DNA of 63,905 nt, counting the filler, from Octopus bimaculoides (taxonomy: Eukaryota), in NCBI RefSeq assembly GCF_001194135.2. It is 5 parts of 4 records of this genome, joined end to end, with 100 filler letters (N's around TTAATTAATTAA, not from the genome) between each part and the next. Parts side by side here need not be neighbours in the genome. Positions count along the whole stretch, not along the records: positions 41,637 to 62,504 come from NC_068982.1; positions 62,605 to 63,905 come from NW_026370669.1; 3 more parts are not named here. One strand, 5' to 3'. Made by a program: the position numbers and the translations under genes. Within the stretch, counting starts at the first letter, position 1; each line of letters starts with the position of its first letter. Shown here piece after piece: positions 52,002 through 63,905 of this stretch. The notes beneath the pieces were generated by a model. It ran no database searches and had not been told where the DNA came from. It was given only the letters and a program-made list of their open reading frames with translations.

Positions 52002-53677
52002 GTAAGTATTTTTTTTTCTGAGTAAACGCATTCGCGCAGATACATGCACACACACACAACTAAATATATACCTGAACACATATATAACATACAAATACAA
52101 TAACACTCATACACATACATATTTACATGCATATATTTCCCCTCGCTCACATGTCCTTGCCTTCTCTTCTTGCTCCCTTTCCCTCCACTTTTCACTTCAC
52201 TGTGTCCCTGTCATTTTTTCTCGCCCCTCCTTAATTCTTTTGTCCCCCTGCCTCTACCTCTCTCTCTTCTCTTCCCACGTGACCGGTGTTCGGCCAAGCC
52301 TGATCTTTCTTTCTTAGCCGGCCGTTGTGCGTCTAACATCGTTATTCCTCCCTGTGCCTGTGAAATCTTGTATCCCTGCTGTAAGGCCTTATTTCCACAC
52401 ATGCCAGCTTAATTTAATACGTCCTTAGTCGAAAGACATCTGTTGTTATGTCCTGTTATTATTTTTATTATATTATTTTTATTGTATTTGTGTAACATTG
52501 TTCGATTTTTAACCGTCCTTGGTTTTGTATACATTCGCTGCTTTCTTCCAAGGAATTTAATGGTCTTAGCTTAGTTTTTCCTTGGAGCTGGCCAGATTGG
52601 AGCAATCTCGAGTATAACCAGCCGAAATTGCAAGGATAATCTGGATCTCGACTGAGGAAAGAAAACTCCGAATGACCCCGTCCTTGTTTTCTTTGTATCG
52701 TCTATCTGGATGTTTTGTCCCTTTCTTGTATCACCTAACTGTCTGGATGTTTTGCGTTCTTGTCCCATTCTGTATTATATATATATCTATATCTATATAT
52801 ATATATATATATNNNNNNNNNNNNNNNNNNNNNNNNNNNNNNNNNNNNNNNNNNNNNNNNNNNNNNNNNNNNNNNNNNNNNNNNNNNNNNNNNNNNNNNN
52901 NNNNNNNNNNNNNNNNNNNNNNNNNNNNNNNNNNNNNNNNNNNNNNNNNNNNNNNNNNNNNNNNNNNNNNNNNNNNNNNNNNNNNNNNNNNNNNNNNNNN
53001 NNNNNNNNNNNNNNNNNNNNNNNNNNNNNNNNNNNNNNNNNNNNNNNNNNNNNNNNNNNNNNNNNNNNNNNNNNNNNNNNNNNNNNNNNNNNNNNNNNNN
53101 NNNNNNNNNNNNNNNNNNNNNNNNNNNNNNNNNNNNNNNNNNNNNNNNNNNNNNNNNNNNNNNNNNNNNNNNNNNNNNNNNNNNNNNNNNNNNNNNNNNN
53201 NNNNNNNNNNNNNNNNNNNNNNNNNNNNNNNNNNNNNNNNNNNNNNNNNNNNNNNNNNNNNNNNNNNNNNNNNNNNNNNNNNNNNNNNNNNNNNNNNNNN
53301 NNNNNNNNNNNNNNNNNNNNNNNNNNNNNNNNNNNNNNNNNNNNNNNNNNNNNNNNNNNNNNNNNNNNNNNNNNNNNNNNNNNNNNNNNNNNNNNNNNNN
53401 NNNNNNNNNNNNNNNNNNNNNNNNNNNNNNNNNNNNNNNNNNNNNNNNNNNNNNNNNNNNNNNNNNNNNNNNNNNNNNNNNNNNNNNNNNNNNNNNNNNN
53501 NNNNNNNNNNNNNNNNNNNNNNNNNNNNNNNNNNNNNNNNNNNNNNNNNNNNNNNNNNNNNNNNNNNNNNNNNNNNNNNNNNNNNNNNNNNNNNNNNNNN
53601 NNNNNNNNNNNNNNNNNNNNNNNNNNNNNNNNNNNNNNNNNNNNNNNNNNNNNNNNNNNNNNNNNNNNNNNNNNNNN

Positions 53678-53717
<40 letters not shown>

Positions 53718-54364
53718 CCTATAAATAACATATAAATACACACATATGAAACAAATACGTAGTATGCATAAACGCAAATTATCAAGGGATCCATTTTAGC
53801 TAAAATACAAAACTCCAAGTTTAGAAACCGAGCACAGTACACTGTCATTTACATAATTTTAGAAAGATGGATATTTATTCCTGTTCCACTTGAAGTTTAT
53901 ATCTGAATTCGTTAGACTATCTGATTTGTTAGATGGCCTATCTTTTATTGCCTCAAAGCTGTGGCTATTCATGATTATTACTAAACACTTAGTAACATAA
54001 CTAAGTGTAAATCCATAATCTGGGTAGACATATTATAGATTTCGAAGCAGTAGCCATGAAAGTTCGCTTCATCATTGATTTTAAATAAAATTCCCACATC
54101 CACTTATTGACTTTAACAACACAGTATCGTTTGTTTTCACTCTCAAACAATTATATCACACTTGTTGTGTTTGCTTTTGCCGGAAGTTTTTATTGAAGTG
54201 TATAAATGTACTCAACTTCAGAAATATTTTTTTATATATTTATCCAAGGCCATCTTTCTTGAGGAGGGCAATATATATTGTTTTCGTAACGTCATGCTGT
54301 CTTGATAGCATTTGGAAGATACACTGAGGATAACTTGTGTAATTTCTTCCACAAGTCTATAAAA

Positions 54365-54575
54365 TCTTTTCTATTCTAGGCACAAGGCCCGAAATTTTTG
54401 GTGAGGGGGCCAGTCGATTAGATTGACCCCAGTACGCAACTGGTACTTAATTTATCGACCACGAAATGAAAAGGCAAAGTCGACCTCGGTGGAATTTGAA
54501 CTCAGAACGTAAAGACAGGCGAAATACCACTAAGCATTGTGCCCGGCGTGCTAACGTTTCTGCAGCTCACCGTCT
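54365..54575 (-). mobile_element. Nin/Deu-core SINE, full length
   Basis: Nearly collinear with 34221-34437. Confidence 0.85.
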
Positions 54576-55729
54576 TTCAAATCTGTAATAATAGCCGAAA
54601 TTTTCTGTTACACTTTGGCTGTTTCATGGCTTTACAGAAGATTTTTTTTTAACGATTTTGTCCCAAACAAGAGTTGAAGCCACTATAACGTAAGACTCTA
54701 CAAATAAAAAAGAAGGGTGGAGCACTACAAATTCAAAAGATGACAAGGAAGCTTAAAGAACTGAATATCATAGACCAGAGGAAAACAAGTCGGTGGTAAA
54801 TGTCCCAGAGAGAAAGTAGTTTGAGGAAAGAAGCTATTTTGTAGGTTTCCCTTGCTTTTGGTTTGCAAAACAAAACGTTGAAATGCGACGTACTTTTGTG
54901 GTCTCAAGTTTGAGAGAAGTTATATTCCATGCCAACATTGGTATAGTTCTCAAGTTTTCTCTTTTTCTAGTTTTGTCAAACCTAAATGATCTTTGTCATC
55001 TATCAGGGTGGTTTACATTGCGTAATTTCATTATCACGTGCACTAGACGATGCTTCAAAGTTGTAGCAGCTGTCAACGAAAAACATGGGATTGTACAATA
55101 TTAATATTGCATAACTTATGCTCATTTGTTTACAATACTGACATGACAGAAGCTGGTCGTTTCTCCCATTTTCATATAAAATGTTATGTCGCTTTTTTTT
55201 AAAATTGTTCTCCAACTTCGGTTTAAAATTGTTTAAGTTACATATATTCTGCAGTCATCTTTATCGGATTATTTATTTACGAAGTTATTTACTCTTTTAC
55301 TCTTTTACATGTTTCAGCCATAAGGCTGTGGCCATGCCGGAGCACTGAGTTGAAGAATAGTTATCATAGTGACAGTATGATGATGCAAGCAGTTTATTTG
55401 CGTTTTGACAGGCTTTACCATGCTAACTTTTGGCTAGTTCTTTTTCAATTGGCATTACAAAATTTGGGATAATAGTCGCTATTTGTATAGGTCATTTGTC
55501 AGATAGCGGTAGATGATAATGTAGGATCTTTCGCTATAACTTCGGTGGGTTCGTTTCAGCAGTTGTTTAATCGCATCATATTCGCCGATAGAATTATCTC
55601 GGGCTGAGCTTCAAAATACATGTTGATTTAAATGGAAAGAAATGCCATGATTTATATATTGTGTTTCGTTGTTTTAGTGTTTGTTTTTTTAAATCTTTTT
55701 TTTTTTCTTTAATTTTTATTGTTTTTAAG

Positions 55730-55997
55730 CAATCGTCTTGTAAGTTGCGACTCTTTACCCAAATTCGATCTGAGTGCTTGGGGTCAATGTGAACCAGGAA
55801 GATGGGGAAACTGGAGCCCGTGGAGTGCTTGTGTACGTGGTCGCCAGAGATCTCAACGTCAGTGCAACAGCGCCCCGCCACCAAAAGGATGCGGATGTGA
55901 GGGGCCAAATACTCGTTTCCAGAGATGTTCTGGTCGAAGATGCAGAAGATTAGTGCGTTTCAACAACCGAAGTTTCTGGGTGTGGGGAAGATGTTAA
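55730..55997 (+). CDS. Terminal exon: end of peroxidase domain, TSP type-1 repeat and Arg/Cys-rich tail
   Basis: ttttaag acceptor, phase 2 matching the previous exon. (N)NRLVSCDSLPKFDLSAW is a typical peroxidase C-terminus, followed by WGNWSPWSAC..RQRSQRQCNSAPPPKGCGCEGPNTRFQRC (TSP1-like) and SGRRCRRLVRFNNRSFWVWGRC*. Confidence 0.88.
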
Positions 55998-56869
55998 ACA
56001 ACGAAACATTCTAAATTCTATCACTTTTCTGTTTTGTTTTTGTTTTTTGTTGGTTTTTTTTTTGTTGTTTTTTATTTCCTGTTACCTAATTCTTCAACTT
56101 ATAATTATTCGGACTGTGAAATTAGTAAAATCGGTAGAGCGATGAACGAAAAGCTTTCTGGTATTTAGTCACTCAATTATATTTTCCAAGTCAAATCCCA
56201 TCGAATCTGACATTACCTTCCATCTTTACGAGGGCGATGAAATGCCTACAGCTACTCAAGTACTATGGTTGATTTCATCGACTGAGCTCTCCTTCACAAT
56301 ATATGACTTTGCGTTAATTTTAGAAATTACTATTAAAAGATTTTTACTATTATAGAATATCATTCTTTTTAATCATGTATGCTCCCCAATGACTGGAGCA
56401 CTTGTGGTCAATAAAAGAAATCATCATCATCATCATTATTATTATTTTAATTATCATCACCATCATCATCATTATCATCGTTGTTGTCGTCGTCGTCATT
56501 ATTTATTTATTCATTTTATCATTATTCATTTACGCTTCCTTTTTCTCGCTATTGCATTCAGTCCCACTTGATAGCTTCTTCCCAGGCACTACTGAAGTGT
56601 AGAGGTAAGTCCAACAGCGACGGCAATCAACAATTATATAAAACAAATATGTAATTTTAGAATCGCAGATACCAGGAGAAAACTGTTTTGTAGCAGATAA
56701 AAATTGTTGTCTTGTTACTATGGATGTAGGAATGAAAAACAGAAGATGAACGGGTGAAAGAGAGATGTGGAAGGAAGTACTGTATGATTACAGTTACTTG
56801 ATAGTTAACCAGATTCACGGGTACTTCATCTTCTGCACCTCTAACTTCAGTCTTGAAAAGTCCACATTC

Positions 56870-56944
<75 letters not shown>

Positions 56945-57518
56945 GCTCGCTCACTGAGACATGCGTGCGCTCACAAACACACGCGCGCTCTATTGTGTTG
57001 ACATACAACATATGTAGCTATAGACATTACTATAACGCTGACACTATTATTGTTAGTGCTACTTGGGTATTCAAAAGATGATGGTGGGGGCGGCCAAGCT
57101 GTATTGGTTTGGTGTTGTGATGGTGGTGATCGAGATGGTAGTGTTTATCATATTGTTCTTATTAATAAAATTATTAATCTTCATTGATCTCAGATCAGGT
57201 GTTTCGTTCGACGTTTGAAATATACTTGAGTAAAACTTCATCTCATGTGATAGTCTTTATTTTAGATACAGTTACTTACCTTGTTCATGAAATAGTTGCT
57301 GAAGTTCATTAAAGAGTCGGTGTGTTGGTAATGGCGGTGGTTGAATGGGTTTTGATGTTGATGACGGTTGTTGTGTTGGTGTTGATGACAGATAGTGGTG
57401 GGGTTGATGATGGTGGTAAAGGTTGTTTTGTGGATAGACAGAGGGAAGGACTGACGGACAGATAAGCAGACAGACAGACAGACAGACAGACAGATAGATA
57501 GATAGATAGATAGATAGT

Positions 57519-57556
<38 letters not shown>

Positions 57557-57565
57557 TGAGGGTTT

Positions 57566-57720
57566 CCACAAAATATGTCAACCAAATTCACTCACAATGC
57601 ATTAGTTGGCTCCGGGGCTATAATAAAAGACACTTGCCCAAGCTGCTGTGCTATGAGACTGAACCGAAAGCACGTAGCTGCAAAGCCGGCTTCTCAACCA
57701 CACAGCTACAACTATGCCTG
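57566..57720 (-). mobile_element. CORE-type SINE, diverged
   Basis: Reverse complement contains cagcttgggcaagtgtcttttattatagccccgg. Confidence 0.65.
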
Positions 57721-58524
57721 CGCGCGCGCATGTGTGTAATTCTTTGGACTAATGGTATATGTCAATTAATGTGTTGAGCAAAGCACATTCACAGTTTGGG
57801 CTNNNNNNNNNNNNNNNNNNNNNNNNNNNNNNNNNNNNNNNNNNNNNNNNNNNNNNNNNNNNNNNNNNNNNNNNNNNNNNNNNNNNNNNNNNNNNNNNNN
57901 NNNNNNNNNNNNNNNNNNNNNNNNNNNNNNNNNNNNNNNNNNNNNNNNNNNNNNNNNNNNNNNNNNNNNNNNNNNNNNNNNNNNNNNNNNNNNNNNNNNN
58001 NNNNNNNNNNNNNNNNNNNNNNNNNNNNNNNNNNNNNNNNNNNNNNNNNNNNNNNNNNNNNNNNNNNNNNNNNNNNNNNNNNNNNNNNNNNNNNNNNNNN
58101 NNNNNNNNNNNNNNNNNNNNNNNNNNNNNNNNNNNNNNNNNNNNNNNNNNNNNNNNNNNNNNNNNNNNNNNNNNNNNNNNNNNNNNNNNNNNNNNNNNNN
58201 NNNNNNNNNNNNNNNNNNNNNNNNNNNNNNNNNNNNNNNNNNNNNNNNNNNNNNNNNNNNNNNNNNNNNNNNNNNNNNNNNNNNNNNNNNNNNNNNNNNN
58301 NNNNNNNNNNNNNNNNNNNNNNNNNNNNNNNNNNNNNNNNNNNNNNNNNNNNNNNNNNNNNNNNNNNNNNNNNNNNNNNNNNNNNNNNNNNNNNNNNNNN
58401 NNNNNNNNNNNNNNNNNNNNNNNNNNNNNNNNNNNNNNNNNNNNNNNNNNNNNNNNNNNNNNNNNNNNNNNNNNNNNNNNNNNNNNNNNNNNNNNNNNNN
58501 NNNNNNNNNNNNNNNNNNNNNNNN

Positions 58525-58703
58525 TGTGGCAGAAAGGTTGCCCCGATTCCAAAGGTTAATAAAAAGCAAACACATTAAATGCCATTGTTTTTTCTGTGTC
58601 AGATAGTATCCACCATGAGAGCATCGTTTTTTCTTTCTTGCATCTTCATGTGTTTGCTTTTTATTAACCTTTGAAATCGGGGCAACCATTCTGCTGCACC
58701 CTG
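58525..58703. mobile_element. Tc1/mariner-derived MITE with long TIRs
   Basis: 58537-58576 and about 58649-58688 form a 40-bp inverted repeat with 1 mismatch. Right end is ..gcaccctg+TA; left end is lost in a gap. Confidence 0.7.
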
Positions 58704-58835
58704 TAGAATCGTAGAAGAATGGGAGTAGACCTATCAAAGAAAGATTATATTAAGATTAAGAGGTAGAAGTCTACGCTCATGAACACATATACAGACGTCC
58801 AGACACATTCGTGTGTCCCCAATAATTGTTGTATG

Positions 58836-58874
<39 letters not shown>

Positions 58875-61139
58875 CCATTAGAAGCTTTTTTATACAATAT
58901 GCATTGTGATTGTTGTATGTTTATATAAGTAACCTTCGGAATAAGTCCGTACGTCACTGAAGCATGGTAACATGAAAGTATAGATGTATGTAGGCACATA
59001 TATACACACTCGTTGTTGGGTGTGCATGCAGAAGGATAAATACACAGATACAATTTATAAGGTGTGAATAGACACTGGTGATATAGACTTTTACCACATT
59101 CGTAATTGGGTGTGCATGCTGAGCAATGAATATATAGATACATTACGTGGAAAAATGCGAGCATGAGAAATAATATTCTTAAGATTATAAACCTGGAAAT
59201 TTACAGGACAAGTTATTTCACTAGGAAAAGTTCAGAATAACTTATTACATCTGGTAAAGTACAGAACAAGAAAATTATTACTTAAAATATTGCAGCTAAG
59301 GATAAAATTTTGGATAAAATATTTAGATTTAGAAAATATTAGCTTTTATTAAAATTAAAAATTTAATTACAAGTTATTTCTTCTATTTGTTATTATTTGT
59401 TGCTTCTATTAAAAATTAAAAATAACTCAAAACATTTTTTGCATTTTAAAACATTCATTTTTTTAATTATCAATTAATAATTAGAAATGCGAAAATAGGT
59501 TATGATAAATAATAGTAGTACATAATTAGTACAATAAATTGAATAATACAAAAATTAGTTATATATTACCGTAAAATCTACCTATAACAATTGCCTATGT
59601 TATTGCCAAGTCTTCACATTTTTAGTCTTCACCCAATGCCTATTTTTGACATAATGAATTTGCCTACCATATATACTATTCTACTTTGCATAAAACTTTA
59701 ACTCTGGCGCTCAATTTTTAAGTTTTCTAGTGTGTCAATATCTTAACAAAATGATGGTACTTTTTTTAATTATAATGTTTAATTTTAATTATAATGTTAC
59801 ACACTGAATTGTGGCAAGGTATGGATGGATTCCGGAGTACCGAGGAAATTATGTATAAATATATCAAATTAAGAATTCTACGCGGTATATTACAATGCAA
59901 AATACCAAACGGAACCTCACCTCTTATATCTCATCTTTCTTCCTCCTTGAACGTCTATGTGATATAATTCTTGGGAGAGAATACATTTGCGGCTGAAGAT
60001 AGCTTTATACTGTCAATTATACACTGATGAAACAACTATAAATCTTGAAACACGTGTACCGCAGAATCCTTTGTGTTTTGTTTTTATTTTTGCATTTACA
60101 ATTTATTCATTCACCCCGACCACGAGCTGGCATACACAGGTGCTTACAATTGTCAAGTATTACCTCTAACATTTACTTTACTTATATATATATATATATA
60201 TNNNNNNNNNNNNNNNNNNNNNNNNNNNNNNNNNNNNNNNNNNNNNNNNNNNNNNNNNNNNNNNNNNNNNNNNNNNNNNNNNNNNNNNNNNNNNNNNNNN
60301 NNNNNNNNNNNNNNTCACCTAGTCGTGTAGGATTTTCAAACTACACGACTAGGTGAAAAGCGCTTTATTTAATATGTGACATTAATAAAAATCTGTAAAT
60401 GTATAAACATCCAGATTTCTGAGTACCTTAATTTTTTTCCATATATATACATATATATATACATAAATATATATATGTTGATAATATATATGTGTATGTG
60501 TGTATGTATATATATACACACACACATATATATGCATTTATAGGTACAGGACGTCACCAACTGCGCAAACAACATGAAATACGTACACAAACGAGTTAAA
60601 TACATAAACAACGAGAGAAAAAATGGAAAACAGGACAAGTAAACACAGTTTTTGGCTGTCTATCTACACCTTATTTCGAGCATTCAATGACAATATGAGT
60701 CTTCAAAGACAGTTGCTCCCATAAATTCTAAAATAAAATTTAGGATTTATGGAGGGTCAAAATTGGGAACAAAAACAGTACTGTGAAGACATACAAGGGA
60801 ACGGAACGAAAACAAACTTGGAAGGTCGTTAGACCAGAACGAGAGGAAAATAGTGAATGCTAGGAGAATTATTAGCTTTGAAAAGAGAATATATGAGAGA
60901 GAAATATATATGCGAACACGACACAATGAAGTAGAGAAATTTGAAAAGACAACACGAATCCGGTTATTTCTCAAAATACAATGTTTATATACCAAAAAGA
61001 TTTTATAACATTTTTCTAACATTTTTCTGACATAATTTAAATATATACTTTAACCATGTAACATAAGCCTTCTGTAGTTTTTTCACTCTTATTATCTTTT
61101 ATACATCCAACCACGTGCTTTCACATACCAACTTTCTCA

Positions 61140-61172
<33 letters not shown>

Positions 61173-61233
61173 TTTTCGTAATGAGATAAAAAAAAAACCA
61201 ATGCTGTGTACATTATAGAACATTTATAAATAA

Positions 61234-61281
61234 GTCTTACAGCTATTTCCAGGATATTTATTATATCCCTTCATCGGAGAC
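61234..61281 (-). ncRNA. Putative minimal hammerhead ribozyme
   Basis: gtct|CCGATGAA|gggata-taataaa-tatcct|gGAAA|tagctgTA|agac. Confidence 0.45.
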
Positions 61282-62074
61282 GGTGTGAGAGGATGGTTAA
61301 GCAATAGTTAATTTAGATAAGATAGGAAATAGAGAGTGAATGCAAGGATATTGCATTTGTAAATCCATTGTTTAGGCAGAATGGTATACATATAAGATTC
61401 CAATACCTTGTGAGTAAAATCCAATAGTCCTTAAGATTGGTCATTCCATTTCTAAATCCATTATTAAGATTTCAATACCCTGAGTAAAATCTAACAGTCT
61501 TTGAAATTAGTCATTCCAAATACAGAGTTTATACACAATGTTATTGAATCAAGGGTTCTGTTTTTATATANNNNNNNNNNNNNNNNNNNNNNNNNNNNNN
61601 NNNNNNNNNNNNNNNNNNNNNNNNNNNNNNNNNNNNNNNNNNNNNNNNNNNNNNNNNNNNNNNNNNNNNNNNNNNNNNNNNNNNNNNNNNNNNNNNAAAT
61701 GGAGGGGATCAATAGGTGGTATTCATCAACTTTTAGACATTATATTATGTCAATTTATTTATTTACTAAAAGGACAATTATAACAATATACATACATGTA
61801 TAACATATTATGCTTTACATATATAATATATAAAATATAAAAAATATCAGTAATTATTAAAATATATAACATATAGCAATAGAAATTGGGATGTCTGCAG
61901 CTATGTGTATATATACAAATACTTGTGTACATGTGTATATGTCCGCAAGACACATACACACAGCCAAGAACGTGGTCATCTGTGACTGACAGCCGGTCCT
62001 ATCTCGCCGTGGAACTCAGATAATGGTCTGGTACCAATTCTACATCCTGATCGCCAATAACCACCTCTGACACA

Positions 62075-62191
62075 GAAAAAAAACAATGGCATTGAATGAA
62101 CTTCATAGAAAAACAAAGTTTTTACATGCATCTTCATGTGTTTGCTTTTTATTAATCTTTGAAATCGGAGCAATCTTTCTGCCGCACCCTG
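62075..62191. mobile_element. Second partial copy of the same MITE family
   Basis: catgtgtttgcttttattaatctttgaaatcggagcaatctttctgccgcaccctg+TA. Confidence 0.65.
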
Positions 62192-62319
62192 TATGAGTTT
62201 AATTGACGACGTGCGTGTGTGGGTGTGTATGTGTGCGTGTGTGCGTGTATATGTGTGTGTGTGTGTGTGAGTGTGAGTGAACGCCTGTGTGAGTGTGAGT
62301 TCATGACCGGGAGTGCACA

Positions 62320-62495
62320 CCTCGTTACTCTCTTTTACTTGCTTCAGTCATTAGTCGAGCAAATCGACCCCAGGACTTATTCTTTGTAAGCCTAGTACTT
62401 ATTCTATCGGTCTCTATCGCTAAGTTACGGGGACGTAAACACACCAGCATCTGTTGTCAAGCGATGTTGGGGGGACAAACACAGACACACAAACA
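62320..62495 (-). mobile_element. SINE 3' portion
   Basis: Reverse complement reads catcgcttgacaacagatgctggtgtgtttacgtccccgtaacttagcg..ctggggtcgatttgctcgac; homologous to 20205-20340. Confidence 0.55.
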
Positions 62496-62669
62496 CACAC
62501 ATATNNNNNNNNNNNNNNNNNNNNNNNNNNNNNNNNNNNNNNNNNNNNTTAATTAATTAANNNNNNNNNNNNNNNNNNNNNNNNNNNNNNNNNNNNNNNN
62601 NNNNATGTCAGGGTGGTCTGACCTGCTGTTTTCTGTTTTTCGATCTACTGACATTGGAAATTTTTCCGC

Positions 62670-63400
62670 GCTATCAGCCACCCATACTACCATCACTACC
62701 CTATCAGCTCACTATGTTATGGCCACTCTATCAACCACCCATACAATCATCACTACTCTATCAGCTCATTATACTATGACCACTCTATCAACCACCCATT
62801 CTATCATTACTATTCTATCAGCTCACTATACAATGACCACTCTATCAGCAACCCATACTATCATTACTACTCTATCAGCTCACTATACTATGACCATTCT
62901 ATCGACCACCCATACTATCATCATCACTCTATCAGCTCACTATACTATGAGCACTCTATCAACCACCCATACTATCATCTCTACTGTAGCAGCTTATTAT
63001 ATTATGACCACTCTATCAATCACCCACACTATCATCTCTAATGTATTATCTCACTCTATTATGACCACTCTATCAACCACCCATACTATCATCATTGCTC
63101 TATCATCTCACTATATCATGACCACTCTATCAACCACCCATACTATCATCTCTGCCCTATTAGCTTACTATATTATGACCACTCTATCAACCAACCATAC
63201 TATCATTTCTGCTGTATCATCTCACTATTTTATTACCACACTGTCAACGACCTATACTATCGTCTTCACCCTATCAATTCACAACATTGCGACTACTCTA
63301 TCAACTACGTATGCTATCATCCCTTCACCATAAGCTCTATATGATACAACCACTCTACCAACCAAAACACTATCATCATAACTCTATCAATTTCATATGC
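62670..63400 (+). repeat. 57-bp minisatellite, about 12 units decaying toward the 3' end
   Basis: Unit accactctatcaaccacccatactatcatcactactctatcagctcactatactatg; one frame reads TTLSTTHTIITTLSAHYTM. Confidence 0.85.
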
Positions 63401-63654
63401 CACTATACCACTACCTATACAATCACTATTTATAATGTAACTAAACTATCATTTGTCTGCCAACCATCATGCTGTTACCATTCTGTCCTCTAACTATACT
63501 GTTACAATCCTATCGACCATCAATGTAAGTACCATTTTACCAACACTGGATACTATCACCAATTTTGCGTGTGGACAGATTACTGTTATAGTTCTCTGTC
63601 CACTAACTATAATATTTAATATCACAACACAGTATGTCTCTCTCTACAGCTAAT

Positions 63655-63830
63655 ATCCCTGCAGGGAGTGGAATACTGAAGTTTGGATCGCTCCTCAATG
63701 TGCCCCATTTAAAAAAAAAGAAAAAGGGCAACCCTTCTGACCTAGCCAACTATTGTCCTATTTGCTCTCACTTCTAATACATCCAAGGCAATGAGACAGC
63801 TATTAACAACGACATTCTCCATCTCTTTGA
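63655..63830 (+). mobile_element. CR1-type RT N-terminal fragment
   Basis: KKGNPSDLANYCPI..TSNTSKAM..INNDIL. Confidence 0.55.
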
Positions 63831-63905
63831 ATTTCTTTCTTTCTTTTTTTCTTTCTTTCTTTCTTTCTTTTTCTTTCCCTCTCTTTCCTCTCTCTTTCCC
63901 CGTCT

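Noticed and set aside
52610-52680. CTGAGGA...GAA hammerhead-like string in a repeat
   Set aside because: No convincing stem II, stem III or cleavage site.

Overview
AT-rich, microsatellite-dense, gapped animal genomic DNA. The SINE families and repeat landscape point to an octopod cephalopod, which is an inference from recognised repeat types. The one clear host gene is the 3' half of an animal heme peroxidase (peroxidase-cyclooxygenase superfamily) on the + strand. It has four GT-AG exons with consistent phases (43683-43975, 47076-47245, 51899-52001, 55730-55997; 277 aa plus stop), and the last exon fuses the peroxidase C-terminus to a thrombospondin type-1 (TSP1) repeat and an Arg/Cys-rich tail. 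I could not find its 5' exons in the window. The rest is decayed mobile DNA: RTE, Tx1, R4/Dong and CR1-type LINEs, Penelope-like elements, a gypsy LTR remnant, Tc1/mariner remnants and MITEs, and about 20 SINE copies. The most interesting non-coding signals are (i) several minimal hammerhead-ribozyme-like motifs, two inside short terminally redundant units resembling non-LTR retrozymes and one on the sense strand of a peroxidase intron, and (ii) stacked R4/Dong 3' ends in (TAA)n arrays. No CRISPR, rRNA or bona fide tRNA gene was seen. All alignments and folds were done by eye, and repeat boundaries are approximate.
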